Shown: positions 30,508-39,334 of the stretch, one piece after another
How the letters are laid out: every line of letters begins with the position of its first letter
How positions within the stretch are numbered: the first letter of the stretch is position 1
Assembly (NCBI GenBank): GCA_016871175.1
Contig: VFZL01000001.1
Span: 128,218 to 192,217 of the forward strand
DNA: 64,000 bases
Source: Acidimicrobiia bacterium
GTDB taxonomy: Bacteria; Acidobacteriota; Vicinamibacteria; Vicinamibacterales; CAVVIG01
Reading direction: 5' to 3'
The notes under the pieces: generated by a model
What the model was told of the DNA's origin: nothing
Databases searched by the model: none
What the model saw: only the letters and a program-made list of their open reading frames with translations
Made by a program: the position numbers and the translations under genes

Positions 30508-31869
30508 ATGTTTGATTCCCTGAGCACACGTCTCCAGGACGTGTTCAAGACGCTCCGTGGCCAGACGCGCCTCACCCCTGAGGCGATCGAGTTCGCGTTG
30601 CGCGAGATTCGGCTGGCCCTCCTCGAAGCGGACGTCAACTTCAAGGTCGTCAAGGCGTTCATCGACCGCGTTCGGGATCGGGCGATGTGGCAGGACGTAC
30701 TCAAGAACCTGAACCCGTCGCAGCAGGTCGTCAAGATCGTCCGCGACGAGATGCTGGCGCTCTTCGGCGACGCCCAGGGCGGCCTGACCACGACGAACAA
30801 GCGTCCGCGCGTGATCCTGCTGCTGGGACTACAGGGCGCGGGCAAGACCACGACGGCGGGCAAGCTGGCGAAATGGCTCTCCCGACAGGGGCGCCACCCG
30901 TTGCTCGTATCCACGGACGTCAAACGGCCAGCCGCGATCCAGCAGTTGAACGTCGTCGCGCAGAAGGCCGGCGTCCGCGCGCACGATCCGAGCGGCGAGC
31001 GCGACCCGGTGGCGCGCGCGAAGAGTGCCCTGTCCGAGGCCGCGAGCAAGGGCTTTGACGCCATCATCATCGATTCGGCGGGTCGTCTGCACATCGACGA
31101 CGAGTTGATGACCGAGCTGGTGGCCATCAAGGACGTCACCGGCCCGTCGGATCTGCTCTACGTGGCCGACGCCATGACCGGACAAGACGCCATCAAGAGC
31201 GCGGGCGAGTTCAATGCGCGCGTCGGCGTCACCGGCGTGGTCTTGACCAAGATGGACGGTGACGCGCGAGGCGGCGCAGCCCTGTCGGTGGTCTCGGTCG
31301 TCGGCGTGCCGATTGCGTTTGTCGGGAGCGGCGAGCGCCTCGAGGACCTCGAGCCGTTCCATCCCGAGCGCGTCGTCTCGCGCGTGATGGGCATGGGGGA
31401 CGTGCTGTCGCTCATCGAGCGCGCCGAACAGGCGATTGACCAGGACCAGGCGGCGAAGCTCGAGGAGAAGATCCGCTCGAATGAGTTCACGCTCGACGAC
31501 TTCCGGGAGCAATTGAAGACCATCCGTCGGATGGGACCGTTGGAACAGATACTCGGTCTGTTGCCGGGGATGGGGAGCGTCAAGGCGCTGGCGGAGAACA
31601 AGCCCGACGAGAAGCAGCTGAATCGCATCGACGCGATCATCAGCTCGATGACCCACGAAGAGCGGCGCAAGCAGCACATCATCAACGGCAGTCGCCGAAA
31701 GCGGATCGCCAAGGGGAGTGGAACGACGGTCGTGGAGGTCAATCGCCTGCTCAAGCAGTTCGTCCAGATGCAAAAGATGCTGAAGTCGCTCGGGGGGATG
31801 GCCGGAATGACCGGCAACAGCAGAGTCGCCCGTCGTCGAGCGATGGAGATGTTGAGGAATAGTCGGTAG
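30508..31869 (+). CDS. ffh: Signal recognition particle protein Ffh
   Basis: 453 aa. GLQGAGKTTTAGKLA, DSAGRLH, TKMDGDARGGAA and a Met-rich M domain. Confidence 0.97.
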   Translation: MFDSLSTRLQDVFKTLRGQTRLTPEAIEFALREIRLALLEADVNFKVVKAFIDRVRDRAMWQDVLKNLNPSQQVVKIVRDEMLALFGDAQGGLTTTNKRPRVILLLGLQGAGKTTTAGKLAKWLSRQGRHPLLVSTDVKRPAAIQQLNVVAQKAGVRAHDPSGERDPVARAKSALSEAASKGFDAIIIDSAGRLHIDDELMTELVAIKDVTGPSDLLYVADAMTGQDAIKSAGEFNARVGVTGVVLTKMDGDARGGAALSVVSVVGVPIAFVGSGERLEDLEPFHPERVVSRVMGMGDVLSLIERAEQAIDQDQAAKLEEKIRSNEFTLDDFREQLKTIRRMGPLEQILGLLPGMGSVKALAENKPDEKQLNRIDAIISSMTHEERRKQHIINGSRRKRIAKGSGTTVVEVNRLLKQFVQMQKMLKSLGGMAGMTGNSRVARRRAMEMLRNSR

Positions 31870-32009
31870 TCGCTCCTCAGGTGTGGGGCGGAGCCCCACG
31901 TAAGGAAGCTGTGCTGGCGTGGCGCCGACGCGCGTCGCGGACCCGGGACGGTGCACAGCGAAACAGGCGCGCGGGGGCCGGGCCTCGGGCACCACGTAGG
32001 AGATCGCAG

Positions 32010-32288
32010 ATGGTCGTCATCCGCATGCGGCGGGCGGGATCCAAGAAACGTCCGTTCTTTCGCGTCGTTGTCACCGACTCGCGCGCGGCGCGCGACAGCA
32101 GCTTCGTCGAGATTCTCGGGCACTACAATCCCCGCACGAAACCAGCCGTCGTCAAGATCGATCGCGAGCGGGTCGACTACTGGATCAAGTGTGGCGCGCA
32201 ACCGTCCGACTCGGTGCGCACGCTGCTCGCGCGCCACCTCACGCCGGAGCCGGCGGCCGCGACGCCTGTGGCACCGGTGGCCCAGTAG
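32010..32288 (+). CDS. rpsP: 30S ribosomal protein S16
   Basis: MVVIRMRRAGSKKRPFFRVVVTDSRAARDSSFVEILGHYNP. AGGAG lies upstream of ATG 32010. Confidence 0.95.
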   Translation: MVVIRMRRAGSKKRPFFRVVVTDSRAARDSSFVEILGHYNPRTKPAVVKIDRERVDYWIKCGAQPSDSVRTLLARHLTPEPAAATPVAPVAQ

Positions 32289-32344
32289 CCGCTGCTGATC
32301 CCAGCCACGCGATCTGGCGAACTCGAGGCGGGCGGAGTGTCGAC

Positions 32345-32599
32345 ATGGCGGACAGCGTAGTGAAGCAGGTAGTGACGGTGCTCGCGAAGGCGCTCACCGA
32401 CCACCCAGATCAGGTGCACGTGAACGAGTCACAACATCGAGGGACGACGCTCGTGGAGCTCTATGTCGCTCCCGGAGAGCTCGGCCGGATCATCGGCAAG
32501 CAAGGTCGGACGGCGGCGGCCCTGCGGACGCTCGCGGTCACGGCCGGCGAGAAGGAGGGCAAGAACGTCACGCTGGAGATTCGCGACGGCCGCCCCTGA
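32345..32599 (+). CDS. KH-domain RNA-binding protein (UPF0109 / YlqC-like)
   Basis: 84 aa. ...LVELYVAPGELGRIIGKQGRTAAALRTL... has the GxxG KH motif. Canonical position between rpsP and rimM. Confidence 0.85.
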   Translation: MADSVVKQVVTVLAKALTDHPDQVHVNESQHRGTTLVELYVAPGELGRIIGKQGRTAAALRTLAVTAGEKEGKNVTLEIRDGRP

Positions 32600-32633
32600 C
32601 CGACCGGCAGTCACGTTGCCGGCCTGGGACGCG

Positions 32634-33242
32634 ATGGCGGTGGTCGGGCGCATCGCCCGGCCCCACGGGATCCGGGGCCAGATGATCGTGAATCCGGACA
32701 CCGACTTTCCGCAGGACCGGTTCGTGCCCGACGCGACATTCTTCGTTCGGCGGGGAGACGCGGTAGAGGCCGTCACAATCACGAGCGTGCGCTTTCAGCA
32801 ACAACGCCCGGTCATTGGATTGCGGGGCGTTGGTGACATGAACGCAGCGCTGGGCTACGCCGGCGCGGAGCTTCGGATTCCCATCGATCGGCTGGTGACG
32901 CTGCCGACCGGCGTGTTCTATCAGCACGATCTCGTCGGGTGCACGGTAGTCACGGAGGACGGCACGGCAGTGGGGACCGTGCGCGACGTCGAGGGGGCGG
33001 CGGGGGCCACGCGGCTAGTCGTCGACGCGGGCGATGGCGAGCTGCTGATTCCGTTCGCCGCGGAGATATGCGTCGCCATCGAGACGCAGGCACGACGTAT
33101 CGCCATCGTCCCGCCCGAGGGGCTCTTGACGTTGAATGCGCCTGGTCCACGAGGATCGCGCGCAGCGCGGAGGGGCGCGAGCGGGACACCGCGACGGAAG
33201 CGTGGCGGGTCGAAGGCACAGCGTCGGCCGGGCACGTCGTGA
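32634..33242 (+). CDS. rimM: 16S rRNA processing protein RimM, with an unusual basic C-terminal tail
   Basis: [16 protein letters not shown]...[25 protein letters not shown]...LLIPF. An alternative TTG start is at 32616. The tail reads [29 protein letters not shown]. Confidence 0.85.
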   Translation: MAVVGRIARPHGIRGQMIVNPDTDFPQDRFVPDATFFVRRGDAVEAVTITSVRFQQQRPVIGLRGVGDMNAALGYAGAELRIPIDRLVTLPTGVFYQHDLVGCTVVTEDGTAVGTVRDVEGAAGATRLVVDAGDGELLIPFAAEICVAIETQARRIAIVPPEGLLTLNAPGPRGSRAARRGASGTPRRKRGGSKAQRRPGTS

Positions 33243-33247
33243 GCGCG

Positions 33248-34072
33248 ATGACATTCGATATCGTTACGATCTTTCCGGCGATGATCGAAGGAGCGCTCGC
33301 AGTGGGTGTCGTGGGTCGCGCGATCGAGAGGGGTTCGTTGGCAGTGACGGTCCACGACCTCCGGCAGTTCACCAGTGATCGGCATCATGTGGTGGACGAT
33401 GTGCCGTATGGTGGTGGGCCCGGAATGGTGATGAAGCCGGAGCCTTGGTTTCGGGCGCTCGATGCGATCACGGAGCGAGGACCTGAGCGACCGCATGTCG
33501 TGTTGACATCGCCGCAGGGTCGTCGTTTCACACAGGCCGTGGCAAAGGAGTTGAGCGTACGGCGGCACCTCGTGATGTTGTGCGGCCGGTACGAAGGGAT
33601 CGACGAACGGGTGCGGACGCGGGTCGACGACGAGCTCTCGATCGGCGACTACGTGCTCAGTGGCGGGGAGCTGCCGGCGCTCGTCATTGTGGACGCTGTG
33701 GCGCGGTTGCTCCCCGGTGTGGTGGGCGATGAGCAATCCGTCGTGGAGGAGTCGTTCACGCGGGGGTTGCTGGACTTTCCACACTACACGCGGCCCGCTG
33801 AGCTCAGCGGGCCGGCGAGTGGGAGGCCGGACGGCTCTGGGGCAGCCGGTGGCGGGGGCGGAGCAGCGACCGACGCGACGCTGAAGGTGCCGTCGGTGCT
33901 GCTGTCGGGGAATCACGCCGCCATCCGGCGCTGGCGCAAGCGCCAGGCACTGGCGCGAACGTTGGAGCGCCGGCCGGACCTACTGGCGTCGGCCGTTTTG
34001 GACGAGGAAGAGCGCGAGATACTGCGCGAGCTGGTCGCGCACGAAGGCACGACCGGCACCACGGAAGCGTGA
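33248..34072 (+). CDS. trmD: tRNA (guanine37-N1)-methyltransferase TrmD
   Basis: [15 protein letters not shown]...[18 protein letters not shown]...[12 protein letters not shown]...[15 protein letters not shown]. An alternative GTG start at 33239 overlaps the rimM stop. Contains a Gly-rich insertion. Confidence 0.92.
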   Translation: MTFDIVTIFPAMIEGALAVGVVGRAIERGSLAVTVHDLRQFTSDRHHVVDDVPYGGGPGMVMKPEPWFRALDAITERGPERPHVVLTSPQGRRFTQAVAKELSVRRHLVMLCGRYEGIDERVRTRVDDELSIGDYVLSGGELPALVIVDAVARLLPGVVGDEQSVVEESFTRGLLDFPHYTRPAELSGPASGRPDGSGAAGGGGGAATDATLKVPSVLLSGNHAAIRRWRKRQALARTLERRPDLLASAVLDEEEREILRELVAHEGTTGTTEA

Positions 34073-34118
34073 TCAGAGACCCAGGGTTGACGGGTTTCCA
34101 GGACTGAAGGGGTGAACG

Positions 34119-34475
34119 ATGGGCGCCATTGAGCAGGTGGAGAAAGCGCAGCTGGCGAGTCGGCCGGCCATGAAGTCGGGCGACACGGTTCGCGTCCACG
34201 TGAAGGTGCGCGAGGGCGACAAGGAGCGGATCCAGGTGTTCGAGGGTGTGGTCATCGGGCAGCATCGCGGCGGCACCCGCGCGTCGTTCACCGTCCGCAA
34301 GGTCTCGTTCGGTCAAGGGGTCGAGCGGATCTTCCCGCTGCACTCACCCATTATTCAAAAGGTGGAAATCACGCGGTCCGCGAAAGTGCGTCGTGCGAAG
34401 CTCTACTACCTACGCGAGTTGAAAGGGAAGGCTGCGCGCATGAAAGACGCGACGCGCGCCGAAGCGAAGAGCTGA
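34119..34475 (+). CDS. rplS: 50S ribosomal protein L19
   Basis: 118 aa. ...[27 protein letters not shown]..... Confidence 0.97.
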   Translation: MGAIEQVEKAQLASRPAMKSGDTVRVHVKVREGDKERIQVFEGVVIGQHRGGTRASFTVRKVSFGQGVERIFPLHSPIIQKVEITRSAKVRRAKLYYLRELKGKAARMKDATRAEAKS

Positions 34476-34482
34476 GGGGCGG

Positions 34483-35106
34483 ATGCCCCGGGTCACGGCC
34501 TACCGGACGCTCGAGAACTCGCTGAGGCGTCTGGGCTTCTGCCACGTCGCGGGCGCGGACGAAGTCGGCCGTGGCTGCCTCGCGGGACCGGTGGTGGGTG
34601 CGGCGGTGATCCTCGATCCCGAGCGGCACATCCCGGGCCTGGCTGACTCCAAGACCGTCCCGGCGGCCGAGCGTGCGCGCCTGTTCGAGCAGATTCTCCG
34701 CCAGGCCGTAGCCTGGGCCGTCGCGGCCCTCGATCCGCGCGAGATCGACCGCCTCAACATCCATCAGGCTGGGCTGCGCGCCCTCCAGCGTGCCATCCTC
34801 GCTCTCACGCCCCTCCCCGACATCGTCCTCGTCGATGCGTTTCGCGTGCCGGACTTGCCGATGGCGCAGCGAGGCGTCCCCCAGGGGGATCGACACTGCG
34901 CCGCGATCGCCGCGGCGTCAATTGTGGCAAAAGTGATCCGCGATCGGCAGATGGCGGTTCTCCACGGTACTGATCCGCGGTACGGCTTCGACCGACACAA
35001 GGGATATGCGACAGCCGACCATTTGCACGCGGTTGCGCGGTTCGGGTACTCGGAGGCGCATCGGCGGTCGTTCCGGCCGCTGACGCTGTTCGACTCATTG
35101 GACTGA
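34483..35106 (+). CDS. rnhB: Ribonuclease HII
   Basis: VAGADEVGRGCLAGPVV...DSK.....R...PDIVLVDA... Confidence 0.93.
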   Translation: MPRVTAYRTLENSLRRLGFCHVAGADEVGRGCLAGPVVGAAVILDPERHIPGLADSKTVPAAERARLFEQILRQAVAWAVAALDPREIDRLNIHQAGLRALQRAILALTPLPDIVLVDAFRVPDLPMAQRGVPQGDRHCAAIAAASIVAKVIRDRQMAVLHGTDPRYGFDRHKGYATADHLHAVARFGYSEAHRRSFRPLTLFDSLD

Positions 35107-35116
35107 TACCAGCATC

Positions 35117-37234
35117 GTGCCCTTCGATCGCGCCGCCACGTTGCGTTTCGCCGAGAAGCTCCTCCGGCAGGGGAAGCTCGATCAGGCAATCGCCGATTAC
35201 CTCCGCGTCGTCGAGGACGCCCCGAACGACTGAAATACCGCGAACATCCTTGGCGATCTCTTCGTTCGCGCCGGCAAACTCGACAAAGCCATCGAGCAGT
35301 TTGTCGCGGCCGCGGATTCGCTGAGCAACGAGGTCACCTTCGCAAAGGCGGCCGCCCTCTATCGCAAGATTCTGAAGCTGCGTCCCGAGCACGAGTACGC
35401 GCTGCTGCAGTGCGCCGAGATCGCGGCCACACAGGGTGTACTGGTCGACGCCCGCACCTATATGAAGGCGGTCGCGGATCGTCGTCAGGCGAGAGGGGAT
35501 CTGCGCGGCGTGGCACAGATCACGATTCGCCTCGCGTCGCTCGATTCGAATGATTTTGCGGCTCGGCTTGCCGGCGCGCGGGCACGGCTCGACGTCAAGG
35601 ATCTCAACGGAGCCGTTCGGGACTTCCGCGAGATCGCCGTCGAACTGCTGCATCAACACCGCGACGCCGAGGCCATCGAGGCATTGCGGGAAGCGATCAC
35701 GCTCGCGCCCGACGATCAGGAGGTCCGCCAGCAGTTGCTGGACGCCTTCGTGGCGGCCGGCGATCACGCCAGCGCCCGCGAGCACGCCCGCACCTCCGAG
35801 CAGCTACAGATGCTGGCCGCGCGCCTCGAGGAGCGCGGGGATCACGACGAAGCGATGGCCCTGCTGCGCGAGGCGCTCGCGATCGACCCGATGAACGTGC
35901 GGCTTCAAGCCCGGGTCACCGGCGTTGAACCCGTGCCCGGGCCTGACGTGCCTGCAACCCCCGAGCCAGCACCGCCCGAGGACGACGATCCGGCGCCGCT
36001 GCTCGTGCAGGCGGATCGATTCATCCGCGACGGTCACGTGACACATGGGCTGGCCGCCGTGCGCCTCGTGCTGGAGCGTGCGCCCGAGCTTCGCACGAAT
36101 GTGGCGCTCCTCGGGCTCTCATTCACCGAAACCGAACCCGACGTTGCGTTCGCCATCCTCGATCTCGCGGGCGATGCCGCCATCGCGGAAGGCGACTTCG
36201 CCATGGCGGCCGCGGGCATGTAGGAACTGGTCACGCGCGTGCCCGCGTACTTGCCGGCGCTCATGCGGCTGGTCGAGATCTGCGTCGATGGTGGCCTGGA
36301 GGCCACCATGCACGCGGCGCAGGCCCAACTCTGCGATGCCTACATCGAGGCCGGTGCAGCCGAGGAGGCTCGCTTCCTGGCCGAAGACCTCGTGGCGCGA
36401 GAGCCGTGGGAACGCGGGAACCTCGAACGGTTTCGCCGGGCGCTCGAGCTGCTGGGCGAGCCCGATCCGGACGCCGTCATCGCGCGTCGCCTGAGCGGGG
36501 AGTCGCCGTTCACGAGCACCGACGTGTCCGTGTCAGCCGTGCGCCAGGAGGTTCCGGCTCCCGAGCCAGGCCCGTCGCCGGCCGCACCCGTGTAGTGGGA
36601 AATCGACAACCACAACTTCCAGTTCGAGGCGACGACGTTCGATGCGCCCAGCGGGCCTGAACCCGCCGTCGAGAGTGGCGAGGAGCCTGACGAATCGGAG
36701 ATCGATCTCAGTGTCGAGTTAGACGACCTCCAGATGGGTAGCGCCGGTCTCGACCCGCTGGCGCGGTCCGCGCCCGAACGGGAACCGGTGGCCGCCGGTC
36801 CACTCGAGGCCGTGTTCTCCAGGCTCCGGGCCAGCGAATTGCGCCAAGCGGTCCTCGCCGGCGCCGAGGCTGCGCTTGCGGAGGCGATGGCGCACCAATC
36901 GGATGGCCGGATCGACGAGAGCATCCCGCTGCTGACCTTGGCGGCAGAGACGCCACAGTTGCGCTTTGGTGCGGCCTCGATGCTCGGTCGCATCTATCGG
37001 GAACGAGGGGACGCGCCGCGTGCCGCCGAATGGCTGGAGCGGGCCTCGCAGGCCCCACCCCCGACTCCCGACGAAGGGCGCCTTCTGTTGTACGATTTGG
37101 CCGACGTGCTGGAAGCGGCCGGAGAGCATACGCGAGCGCTGACGGTCTACATGGAGCTTCAGGCCGACGCCGACGCGTATCGCGACGTGGCTGATCGCGT
37201 ACGTCGGCTCGCCGTCGTCCAGATGCGAGGGTAA
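35117..37234 (+). pseudogene. Large TPR-repeat protein (~705 codons) with three in-frame stops: TGA 35231, TAG 36221, TAG 36593
   Basis: One continuous frame runs from GTG 35117 (10 nt after the rnhB stop) to TAA 37232-37234. TPR-like helices continue across every stop: ...VVEDAPND*NTANILGDLF..., ...AMAAAGM*ELVTRVPAYLPALMRLVEI..., ...SPAAPV*WEIDNHNFQFE... Confidence 0.75.
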
Positions 37235-37298
37235 CCCGCTGTTCCGTCGTCTCATCCTGGTCGCCTTCTTCATCGAGGTCGGACTGCTGCTCATCATC

Positions 37299-37514
37299 GT
37301 GCCGTGGTCGATGCTGTGGGAGCGCAACTACTTCATGGAGCGAGTTCCCATCGTCCACGCGGTCGCCATGAACTTCTTCGTGCGCGGCGCCGTGAGTGGG
37401 GTGGGCGTGATCAATCTGGTCGCGGGTCTCATGGATCTGGCTCCGATCTTGGCGCTCCGCGCTCGCCACGACGTGACGTTCGGAGACGAGGCGGACACAC
37501 AGGTCCGTCCGTGA
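37299..37514 (+). CDS. Small hypothetical membrane protein; start uncertain
   Basis: The 71-aa ORF ends in a GTGA overlap with thiE and has one clear TM helix. The same frame stays open and hydrophobic upstream to 37233 (NPLFRRLILVAFFIEVGLLLII) with no ATG or GTG. Confidence 0.4.
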   Translation: MPWSMLWERNYFMERVPIVHAVAMNFFVRGAVSGVGVINLVAGLMDLAPILALRARHDVTFGDEADTQVRP

Positions 37515-38173
37515 TTCTGCATCTCATTAGCGATCGCCGCCGTCTCGCGGGCGCGGAGACCCCGTGGACCGAGCAGCGTCGATGCCTCTTGCGGCAGGTT
37601 CGGTTCGCTGTGGAAGCCGGGGTCGATGTTGTCCAGATTCGGGAACGCGACCTCGAGGCCGGCGAGCTCTTCTCGGTGACGGAGGCCGCCGTGAGCCTCG
37701 CAGCCGGGTCGCGGACGAAGATCATCGTGAATGACCGCGTAGATGTCGCGCTGGCGGCTCGTGCTCACGGTGTTCACCTGCGCGAGGACTCGATGCCGCC
37801 CGCCGCGGTCCGCCGGTTGGCGCCGTCGCCGTTCGTGATTGGTCGCTCGGTGCACGACGCCGACGCGGCTGCTGCCCTCGGCAGCGGCGTGGACTACCTG
37901 ATCGCGGGCTCGGTGTGGTCGACCGCCTCGAAGCTCCCGGGACATCCGCTTCTCGGCCCTGAGGGGCTGGCGCGCGTGATCCAACACGCGTCGGTTCCGG
38001 TGGTGGCGATCGGGGGAATCACCGTCGATGGCGCTCGGCTGCTGGCGGCCCTCGGGGCTGCCGGTGTGGCGGCGATCGGGTTGTTCATAGCCGCGCCCGC
38101 ATCATCCGATAGCGACCCTGGATGTGGTGCGGCGCCGGTGCACGAGTTGGCACGACGCATCGCCGCGTTGTGA
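37511..38173 (+). CDS. thiE: Thiamine-phosphate synthase
   Basis: GTG 37511. ...VDVVQIRERDLEAGEL...IIVNDRVDVALAARAHGVHL...VIGRSVH...DYLIAGSVWST.SK...VPVVAIGGI. Confidence 0.85.
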   Translation: MILHLISDRRRLAGAETPWTEQRRCLLRQVRFAVEAGVDVVQIRERDLEAGELFSVTEAAVSLAAGSRTKIIVNDRVDVALAARAHGVHLREDSMPPAAVRRLAPSPFVIGRSVHDADAAAALGSGVDYLIAGSVWSTASKLPGHPLLGPEGLARVIQHASVPVVAIGGITVDGARLLAALGAAGVAAIGLFIAAPASSDSDPGCGAAPVHELARRIAAL

Positions 38174-38191
38174 GGACATGGCAGGTCCACG

Positions 38192-38968
38192 ATGTTGGAG
38201 TTTTTGAAGCGCGGACAGGCGGTTCGGGATGTCCGCTTGATGGCTGCGCGCGGCGTGGCGGAGGTTCCGATCAACGAACCGCTCGCGATTCTGGTGCTCC
38301 TGACACGGGACGCCGACGCCGACGTTCGCGCGACCGCCACGGAGACCCTCCGGCAGTTGCCGAGCGAGGCCGTTCGCGCGTTTCTTGCCACCGGTTCAGT
38401 GGCCGACGAGGTGCGCGCGTACTTCGATAACGCCTCCGCGGTCGCGTCGGCACCACAGGCGGGAACCGCTCCGACGGCAGACGCGCCCATGGCCGAAGGT
38501 CACACGGCCACAGACGACGATCCGGAAATCGTGTCCGAGGATTCGAAGGCCGATCGCGACAGCATTCTGCAGAAGCTGACGCGGATGTCGTTCTCGGAAC
38601 GCCTGAAGGCGGCGTCGAAAGGGACGCGAGAGGTTCGGTCGATCCTGATACGGGACCCGAGCAAGATGATCGCCATGGCGGTGCTGACGAGCCCGAAGCT
38701 GACCGAACCTGAAGTCGAGGCCTTCGCGCGCATGGGCAACGTCTCGGAGGACGTGCTCCGGCACATCGGGTCGAACCGGACGTGGATGAAGAACTATCCC
38801 GTGGTGGTCGCGTTGGTGAAGAACGCCAAAACGCCGCTCGGGATGTCGTTGAACCTGATGAACCGGTTGAACGACCGCGATCTTCAAGGGCTGTCGACCG
38901 ATCGTAACGTCCCGGAGCCTCTCCGCGTGGCGGCTCGCAAGAAGATTGTGAGCTCCGTCTCCCGCTGA
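38192..38968 (+). CDS. Hypothetical protein with HEAT/LRV-like helical repeats
   Basis: 258 aa with good coding periodicity. Repeated ...V..A.A.NP..P.... helices (VRATATETLRQLPSEAVRAFL; MIAMAVLTSPKLTEPEVEAFAR; VVVALVKNAKTPLGMSLNLM). Confidence 0.6.
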   Translation: MLEFLKRGQAVRDVRLMAARGVAEVPINEPLAILVLLTRDADADVRATATETLRQLPSEAVRAFLATGSVADEVRAYFDNASAVASAPQAGTAPTADAPMAEGHTATDDDPEIVSEDSKADRDSILQKLTRMSFSERLKAASKGTREVRSILIRDPSKMIAMAVLTSPKLTEPEVEAFARMGNVSEDVLRHIGSNRTWMKNYPVVVALVKNAKTPLGMSLNLMNRLNDRDLQGLSTDRNVPEPLRVAARKKIVSSVSR

Positions 38969-39028
38969 CGCTGCGCTTGGGCACCGTGCTCACTCGCAGG
39001 GCGGGTTGACGGGCGCTGAAGGGGCCCG

Positions 39029-39334
39029 CTAGCTGTCCCGTGGCGGCTTCTTGTTCCGCCTCTCGGCCCTGCCAGCCTTACTCGCGACCCGACCTGGCTT
39101 GCCCCTACCCGGCGTACCAGGCTTCGGCGACGAACGAGCCCAGTCCGAGCGCATCTGCGCCAGGCCGTCCATGTAGACACGAACGCGCTCCCGCTCGTCT
39201 TCCGTGTTCATCGTCTTGAGCAGGTGGACGGCCCTCGCCAGGTCCGCGTCGATCGTCTGGCGGGTCGTGCCGAAATAGAGACGCCGGATCTCGGCCAACT
39301 TGTCCGCTGGGGTCAGGATGACCAGATTGGTCAT
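39029..39334 (-). CDS. Small hypothetical protein (101 aa) with a strongly basic C-terminal tail, translationally coupled to polX
   Basis: ATG 39334 overlaps the polX stop (ATGA). MTNLVILTPADKLAEIRRLYFGTTRQTIDADL...KPGRVASKAGRAERRNKKPPRDS. The upstream part of the 250-aa track ORF overlaps polX and is not supported. Confidence 0.5.
   Translation of the reverse strand: MTNLVILTPADKLAEIRRLYFGTTRQTIDADLARAVHLLKTMNTEDERERVRVYMDGLAQMRSDWARSSPKPGTPGRGKPGRVASKAGRAERRNKKPPRDS

Noticed and set aside
31883-31899. Hairpin gtggggc-gga-gccccac after ffh as a terminator
   Set aside because: The stem is only 7 bp with a 3-nt loop, and there is no downstream U-tract. It could be an RNA processing or attenuation structure, but the evidence is insufficient.
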